This document shows positions 62,613 through 64,000 of a stretch of DNA of 64,000 bases, piece by piece. Position 1 is the first letter of the stretch. Every line of letters begins with the position of its first letter. The position numbers were made by a program, and so were the translations under genes. The DNA is from Nitrospirales bacterium. Its GTDB lineage: Bacteria; Nitrospirota; Nitrospiria; Nitrospirales; UBA8639. Under the pieces are notes generated by a model. The model was given only the letters and a program-made list of their open reading frames with translations, did not search any database and was not told where the DNA came from. The DNA is taken from NCBI GenBank assembly GCA_963422365.1, contig OY729426.1, forward strand, positions 192,001-256,000, in the 5' to 3' direction.

Positions 62613-62701
62613 TGGACGTGATGAATGAGCCTGTAATGTGAAAAATAAAAACTCACCGCGTCAGTGAGATCATAGAATGGCCACAAAACCGACGAAATGA
62701 A

Positions 62702-62779
62702 TGGCGGGGCCGACGGGATTTGAACCCGCGACTTCCAGATTGACAATCTGGCGTCCTAACCTGGCTGAACGACGGCCCC
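62702..62779 (-). tRNA. tRNA-Asp(GTC)
   Basis: GGGGCCGTCGTTCAGCCAGGTTAGGACG-CCAGATT-GTC-AATCTGG..GTTCAAATC..CCA. Confidence 0.95.
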
Positions 62780-62905
62780 ATTCACGTCAAGAGGTAATCC
62801 TTTTGTCTACGTTTGACTACGCTTTCAAACAGAACCCGCTGCATGGGCAGGAATCCATTCAGAATTCGCGTTCGACTCTAGAGGTCTAACAAATTATCTG
62901 AGATA

Positions 62906-62981
62906 TGGTAGGCGGAACAGGGCTCGAACCTGCGGCCTCTGCCTTGTAAGGGCAGCGCTCTCCCAACTGAGCTATCCGCCC
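62906..62981 (-). tRNA. tRNA-Val(TAC)
   Basis: GGGCGGATAGCTCAGTTGGGAGAGCG-CTGCCCT-TAC-AAGGCAG..GTTCGAGCC..CCA. Confidence 0.97.
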
Positions 62982-63186
62982 CATGCATTCAAAAATCCGA
63001 TGTTTTTTTAATTATATCAGCCAAGTATACTGTGTCAACCGTAAGGAATACAGATCGCTGCATGCACCACATCGGCACAAAAATCCACAATACGCTTGAG
63101 AAATACGGGTGCGACCCTTTAAAGTTCGGACTTCGTCATTCAGAACCATGTCAGCAAGAAGTCTTGGTGACTGCTGAGATCGAACA

Positions 63187-63993
63187 ATGACATACAAAAT
63201 TAGACATATCAGCAAACAGGTGGCCTCTGAAAATCCTCAATTGTTATCCCGAAGCGAACGGATGTGGCTATTCGCAGAATTCCATCGTGGTGCGATCATG
63301 ACCGGAATGATCGTCGCGGGCCTGGTGATGATCCTTCTTGGTGCCCTTCTCTGGCTACAGTACCAACAGGACCAAGATGCGTTAGCCCTTGAACATCAAG
63401 CCGCTCAAGCCTACCTTGACCGATCCCTTGAGGATGTCGATGCCGCAAAAGAGTCGCTGCAAGAAGCCGTGACCTTGTATCGACAAATCATCGAGGAATT
63501 TCCTCGGACCACCAGTGCTCAGTTGGCCTGGTATTTTATTGGAAATGCCTTAGCCGAACAAATTGACCACGCCGGAGCCATTGACGCGTATCAGCATTTC
63601 ATCAACCAAGCGGGAACCTCTCCCGCTCTGCTTGGGTTGGTCTACCAACGACTGGGGGCCACCTATCTGGCAAATGGTGAACGCGAAAAAGGAATCAACG
63701 CCTATACTCAAGTACTTCACATTCCCCAAACGCTCAACAAAGATCAGGCGCTTTTCGAACTCGCAAAGCTTGAGGAATATGAAAACCACAATGACCAGGC
63801 ACTCGCCCGTTACAAACAATTGTTAGATGAACATCCAACCTCGCCCTATGCGAGTGAAGTCGCCTTGCGAGTCAAGATTCTTGAAATGCCTCCAGAGGAA
63901 TCTGCCGGTGAAGCCCGTGAGGAGGAACCCGAACCTGAAGGCATTCAGGAGGGGAAAAGAGCCGAGGAAGAACAGAGGAGAGAAAGCAGATGA
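63187..63993 (+). CDS. Membrane-anchored TPR protein (YfgM-like)
   Basis: Single TM then TPR units (AWYFIGNA, ALFELAK..P.SPY). Confidence 0.8.
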   Translation: MTYKIRHISKQVASENPQLLSRSERMWLFAEFHRGAIMTGMIVAGLVMILLGALLWLQYQQDQDALALEHQAAQAYLDRSLEDVDAAKESLQEAVTLYRQIIEEFPRTTSAQLAWYFIGNALAEQIDHAGAIDAYQHFINQAGTSPALLGLVYQRLGATYLANGEREKGINAYTQVLHIPQTLNKDQALFELAKLEEYENHNDQALARYKQLLDEHPTSPYASEVALRVKILEMPPEESAGEAREEEPEPEGIQEGKRAEEEQRRESR

Positions 63994-64000
63994 TTTCTCA

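Noticed and set aside
7197..63826. Numerous antisense and alternate-frame ORFs overlapping called genes
   Set aside because: Shadow ORFs of GC-rich coding sequence with no motifs.
1..64000. CRISPR array, cas genes, integron integrase, prophage, rRNA
   Set aside because: No regularly spaced repeats, tyrosine/serine recombinase motifs, phage structural genes or rRNA-like sequence were recognised.

Overview
Bacterial chromosomal window, most likely Nitrospirota. This is inferred from the nuo operon with fused NuoCD, the tandem CxxCH/PGTGM cytochromes c, the HEAT protein and the tol-mutL-miaA-mtnP-pfkB-rodZ order. Standard genetic code. (1) 1-10.9 kb is a decaying defence island built on a two-gene type I-like RM system (HsdR plus an HsdM-HsdS fusion). 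Downstream of the M-S gene its conserved 3' tail (..ANREL..RFEKKI...RVW) recurs three more times. Each copy heads a different cargo block: a Panacea/DarG-C-like domain; darTG; four-helix-bundle, GIY-YIG and membrane genes; AAA+DUF3226 and HTH-Panacea. This stacked hsdS-tail cassette array is the most unusual structure in the window. (2) 11.3-29.1 kb is a complete single-NuoM complex I operon interrupted by two AT-richer inserts, a type II RM pair and a membrane protein. Each insert is bordered by an attC-like site. A MidA/NDUFAF7 methyltransferase gene lies upstream. (3) 29-64 kb holds mostly housekeeping genes (secA, TonB-ExbBD, uvrD/pcrA, cytochromes c, rodZ, pfkB, mtnP, miaA, mutL, tolQRAB) and 4 tRNAs. 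These are interspersed with pseudogenes (ORF6N, IS481 tails, DUF1640, TonB-dependent receptor plus methyltransferase, higBA). Family calls come from motif recognition by eye; no database searches were run.
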